Both the position numbers and the translations under genes were made by a program. A DNA stretch of 64,000 nt from Candidatus Hydrogenedentota bacterium (GTDB taxonomy: Bacteria > Hydrogenedentota > Hydrogenedentia > Hydrogenedentales > SLHB01). The stretch spans positions 64,001 to 128,000 of the forward strand of contig CAXXTH010000011.1 in assembly GCA_963668025.2 (NCBI GenBank), written 5' to 3'. Under the pieces are notes generated by a model. It saw only the letters and a program-made list of their open reading frames with translations, did not search any database and had not been told where the DNA came from. Positions 60,575-64,000 of this stretch are shown one piece after another. The stretch's first letter is position 1. Each line of letters opens with the position of its first letter.

Positions 60575-60847
60575 CGATTAAGAACGACTATGCAAATACC
60601 CCTAATTCTTCAAAAGATCAGACGTACGGCAAACATACAAACAAGAGCAATTGCCCGCCTTGTTTCCACCGCATTCCCAGAAGCCATTTAAGCTTATTTA
60701 AGCTTGATTACGTCTAATTTATACATAATCAATCACAAAATTCAAGTATATATCCAATATCGCGCAGGGCGATCTTCTCACAAAGTCGACTTATTTTCAC
60801 AGTATATATCTATATTTTATATTTTTTCTCCACATAATACGTAGCGT

Positions 60848-61025
60848 AGCCGCAACCAAAAGGCCGGATTTTTCTAACCGCGAATAGATGTGAATGAATC
60901 ATATCGATATATTTTCAATGGCATAGTTTTGTAGGGTGGGGCTTGCCCCACCGTTCAGGGAGGAGACCACCAAAATATCCGGTAAAGATTGTAAAACGTA
61001 ACAAGATAGTTTCAATGGCATAGTT
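60848..61025 (+). repeat. Dispersed repeat, copy C (divergent), with REP core at 60931-60952
   Basis: AGCCGCAACCAAA...CCGGATTT start and a GTAGGGTGGGGCTTGCCCCACC core identical to copy A. Confidence 0.7.
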
Positions 61026-61407
61026 GCTTCGCTAACCGGATATACCACCATTAGCTATAAAAAACTTCGCGTGCTTGGCGGCTTTGCGTGAAATAGTATT
61101 CCAGCAACCTTGGCTCTTATATGACCAACGCGTTTGTTCGAATCATCCAAGAGCATAAGGATCACAATCACTGCCCATGCGCCTATTTGCATTTCTTGGT
61201 GTGATATGCCATACTTTTCCGAGATGATAAGCTATTCGCAATTGTTGCCTTTCACCTGATAGGAGATGGACAGATGCTATCGAACGCGCATATTGCTCGC
61301 CGATGGCGTCATTGCATCCATTCCTAATCCCTCTTCGACGGTCTTTCTTTTTTTCGTGAGCGATCTGTATCCCTGCACCAGGGAGAACCGTACACAGGAG
61401 TATTGTC

Positions 61408-61797
61408 ATGAATAATTCTAGCAAATCTATCGGCGCGCTTATGGATTTAGTCAAGTGGGATGATAAGGGATTGATCGTAGCCGTCATTCAACACTTCACC
61501 ACGGGCCAGATCCTGATGGTAGGGTATATGAATCAAGAATCATTGGAGGTAACGTTGCATGAACGCAAAGCCTGTTTCTGGTCGCGTTCACGCCAAAAGC
61601 TGTGGCTTAAGGGCGAATCGTCGGGCAATTTCCTTTTGGTTAAGGAGATTCGCACGGACTGTGATGCGGATGCGCTTTTAGTGAGATGCGAGCCCATCGG
61701 ACCCACTTGCCACACGAATGAGACCAGTTGTTTTTACCGTTTGGTGGATGCAACGGGCGAAGTTACGCTGTCGGGCGATGGCGTAGCGGAAAAATAG
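61408..61797 (+). CDS. hisI: Phosphoribosyl-AMP cyclohydrolase
   Basis: FWSRSRQKLWLKGESSG, DCDAD, TCHT, SCF. Confidence 0.95.
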   Translation: MNNSSKSIGALMDLVKWDDKGLIVAVIQHFTTGQILMVGYMNQESLEVTLHERKACFWSRSRQKLWLKGESSGNFLLVKEIRTDCDADALLVRCEPIGPTCHTNETSCFYRLVDATGEVTLSGDGVAEK

Positions 61798-61851
61798 GCC
61801 ATTAGAAACAACCATATACGCCATGCGCGTGTTTAAATAAGGGGTGTTCCC

Positions 61852-63339
61852 ATGAACCATCCTACATTAGAAGAATTTAGAAAAATAGCGAAGCCGGGCG
61901 CTTTGGTTCCCATCTACCGTGAGATATTAGCGGATTTGGAAACGCCTGTGGCGGCATACATGAAAATCGCCAAAGGGCAGCAATATGCCTTCTTGCTCGA
62001 GAGCGTCGAGCGCGCCGACACCATCGGCCGGTATTCGTTTCTCGGGTGCAATCCCTCGACGGTGTTTCAGTCCCGGGGGCGAACCGTGACCTTAACGCGC
62101 GAAGGGCGCTCGTCGTCGTACGAATCAGACGAGCCGCTCGGGGAACTGTGGAACTTGATGCAGGAATACAAACCCGTGGCTATCGAGGGGCTTCCCGAGT
62201 TTTATGGCGGGGCTGTCGGGTATCTTTCGTATGACCAAGTGCGGTTTTTCGAGAAGCTTCCCGACTCCAATCCGGATCCGCTGGAACTGCCGGATCTCTA
62301 TTTTATGATCACGGACACTATCTTGATTTTTGACCATGTGAATAACCGCATCAAGATCGTATCCAACGCCCATGTGAAAGCCGATCCGACTACGGCCTAT
62401 CATGACGCATGCCGCAAGATCGATGAACTGGAGCGGATGTTGCGCAAACCGCTGGTGGTGTCGAGTGAACGCGTCTGCACGGGCGAGATCGACTCGGAGC
62501 CGCGTTCGAGTTTCACCCGCGAAGGTTTCTGCGACGCCGTGCGCAAAGCAAAGGAATATATAGTCGCGGGCGATATCTTCCAGGTGGTGTTGTCGCAACG
62601 CTTCGAGCGGGAGGTGTATGCCAGCCCCGTCAATATCTACCGCGCCTTGCGCTGTATCAATCCCTCTCCGTACATGACGCTCGTGCAGTTTCCCGACTTC
62701 ACCTTGGTGGGTTCAAGCCCGGAAGTCATGACGCAAGTGAAGGGAAAGCGCTGCATGGTGCGGCCCATCGCGGGCACGCGCCCACGGGGAGCGAATTCAC
62801 TCGAAGACGCCGCTCTGGAAATAGACTTGCTGGCGGATGAAAAAGAGGTGGCCGAGCATGTCATGTTGGTGGATTTGGGGCGCAATGATATAGGCCGCAT
62901 TAGCAAGCCGGGAACCGTGCGCCCCGCGGATGGCAAGTTCATGTATGTCGAGCGCTACTCGCATGTCATGCATATTGTGACGGAAGTGGAGGGTGAGATG
63001 GCGGAAGGCGAGGACGCTTTTAGCGCATTGCGCGCGACATTCCCCATGGGCACCGTGAGCGGCGCGCCGAAGATTCGCGCCATGGAAATCATTGATGAGC
63101 TCGAGCCTATCCGCCGGGGGCCATATGCGGGGGGGTGCGGGTATATCAGTTTCTCGGGCGACATGGACACGTGCATCGTCATCCGCACGATGCTCATCAA
63201 AGATGGAAAAGCGTATGTCCAAGCCGGCGCGGGGATGGTGTACGACAGCGTGCCCGAGCGTGAATATGAAGAGACGGTCAATAAAGCCAAGGCGCTCTTC
63301 CGCGCCGTCGAACTGGCCGAGAAAGGACTCGAGCTATGA
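61852..63339 (+). CDS. trpE: Anthranilate synthase component I
   Basis: FLLES, GDIFQVVLS, NPSPYM, PIAGTRPRG, EHVMLVDLGRND, GTVSGAPK. Confidence 0.96.
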   Translation: MNHPTLEEFRKIAKPGALVPIYREILADLETPVAAYMKIAKGQQYAFLLESVERADTIGRYSFLGCNPSTVFQSRGRTVTLTREGRSSSYESDEPLGELWNLMQEYKPVAIEGLPEFYGGAVGYLSYDQVRFFEKLPDSNPDPLELPDLYFMITDTILIFDHVNNRIKIVSNAHVKADPTTAYHDACRKIDELERMLRKPLVVSSERVCTGEIDSEPRSSFTREGFCDAVRKAKEYIVAGDIFQVVLSQRFEREVYASPVNIYRALRCINPSPYMTLVQFPDFTLVGSSPEVMTQVKGKRCMVRPIAGTRPRGANSLEDAALEIDLLADEKEVAEHVMLVDLGRNDIGRISKPGTVRPADGKFMYVERYSHVMHIVTEVEGEMAEGEDAFSALRATFPMGTVSGAPKIRAMEIIDELEPIRRGPYAGGCGYISFSGDMDTCIVIRTMLIKDGKAYVQAGAGMVYDSVPEREYEETVNKAKALFRAVELAEKGLEL

Positions 63340-63905
63340 TCGTCATTATCGACAACTACGATTCGTTCACCTATAACCTGGTCCAGTATTTTGGCGAACT
63401 TGAATCCGATATCCGCGTCTTTCGCAATGACGCCATTGACGTGGCGGGTATCCGGGCGATAAATCCAGACAAGATAGTGGTGTCGCCTGGGCCTTGCACG
63501 CCCAACGAAGCGGGCATATCCATTGAGGTGATCAAGGAATTAGGCCCGGAGATTCCACTGTTGGGCGTGTGCCTAGGCCACCAAAGCATCGGAGCGGCAT
63601 TCGGAGGCGATGTAGTGGGTGCGGGCGTGATCATGCATGGCAAAATCTGCGAGATGACGCATACGGGCCATGCTTTTTTCAAGGATGTGCCGTCGCCTTT
63701 CAAGGCCACGCGCTATCATTCGCTGATCATCAAGCGCGAGACATGCCCGGTGGAACTAGAAATCACCGCCGAGACGCATGATGGGATCATCATGGCGGTG
63801 GCGCATCGGAAACACCCCATATTCGGCGTGCAATTCCACCCCGAGAGCATCCTTACGGAGCATGGAAAGACCATGATCCGGAACTTCATGGCGATGCGGA
63901 AGTAA
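63336..63905 (+). CDS. trpG: Anthranilate synthase component II (glutamine amidotransferase)
   Basis: IDNYDSFT, SPGP, GVCLGHQ, RYHSL, QFHPES; overlaps the trpE stop. Confidence 0.95.
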   Translation: MIVIIDNYDSFTYNLVQYFGELESDIRVFRNDAIDVAGIRAINPDKIVVSPGPCTPNEAGISIEVIKELGPEIPLLGVCLGHQSIGAAFGGDVVGAGVIMHGKICEMTHTGHAFFKDVPSPFKATRYHSLIIKRETCPVELEITAETHDGIIMAVAHRKHPIFGVQFHPESILTEHGKTMIRNFMAMRK

Positions 63906-64000
63906 GAAAGAGCATAAAGGTAATATGCCGCTTATTTGTGCCGTTCGGAATCCCCAATTGTTCGACGCCGGAACGCTCCAAGCCGTAACGGAGCGTTCCT

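Noticed and set aside
60704-60732. Inverted repeat TTGATTA...TAATCAA upstream of the DUF6259-like gene as an operator
   Set aside because: Only 7-bp arms in AT-rich DNA, a single instance, and no cognate regulator nearby.
61143-61407. Possible his/trp attenuator leader upstream of hisI-trpE
   Set aside because: No His- or Trp-rich leader peptide and no convincing terminator/antiterminator pair, only a T-run.

Overview
A 64 kb bacterial chromosomal window. It probably comes from Candidatus Hydrogenedentes or a similar PVC-like lineage, inferred only from the style of its DUF1559 pilin-like protein. In order it holds: the end of a CDP-3,6-dideoxysugar cluster (rfbG-rfbH-reductase); a TetR/CecR-regulated MacAB-type ABC exporter with an outer-membrane factor (OMF), preceded by an unannotated 50-aa peptide gene; a TIGR02757 protein and a peroxiredoxin; an expanded sigma54-dependent psp operon (pspA, three pspB-like genes, two periplasmic proteins, pspC); MauE/LemA/redoxin and DUF362/4Fe-4S genes; a ~16.7 kb AraC-linked glycan locus led by a pilin-like DUF1559 protein (DegT aminotransferase, a secreted beta-sandwich protein, GH2, SSS symporter, PIG-L deacetylase, two GH39-like multidomain hydrolases); trpD-C-F-B-A-prepilin peptidase-aroC; a second carbohydrate cassette (GH106-like, SSS, GH13-like, DUF6259-like) bracketed by inverted copies of a ~200-bp dispersed repeat; and hisI-trpE-trpG. 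The strongest leads are (1) the peptide whose helix resembles an insertion in the surface loop of the neighbouring OMF, (2) the pilin-led glycan locus with no SusC/SusD, and (3) an unnamed ~190-aa domain found both free and fused to a hydrolase. No CRISPR array, rRNA, tRNA or intact transposase was recognised. All calls come from motif recognition and hand alignment, not database searches.
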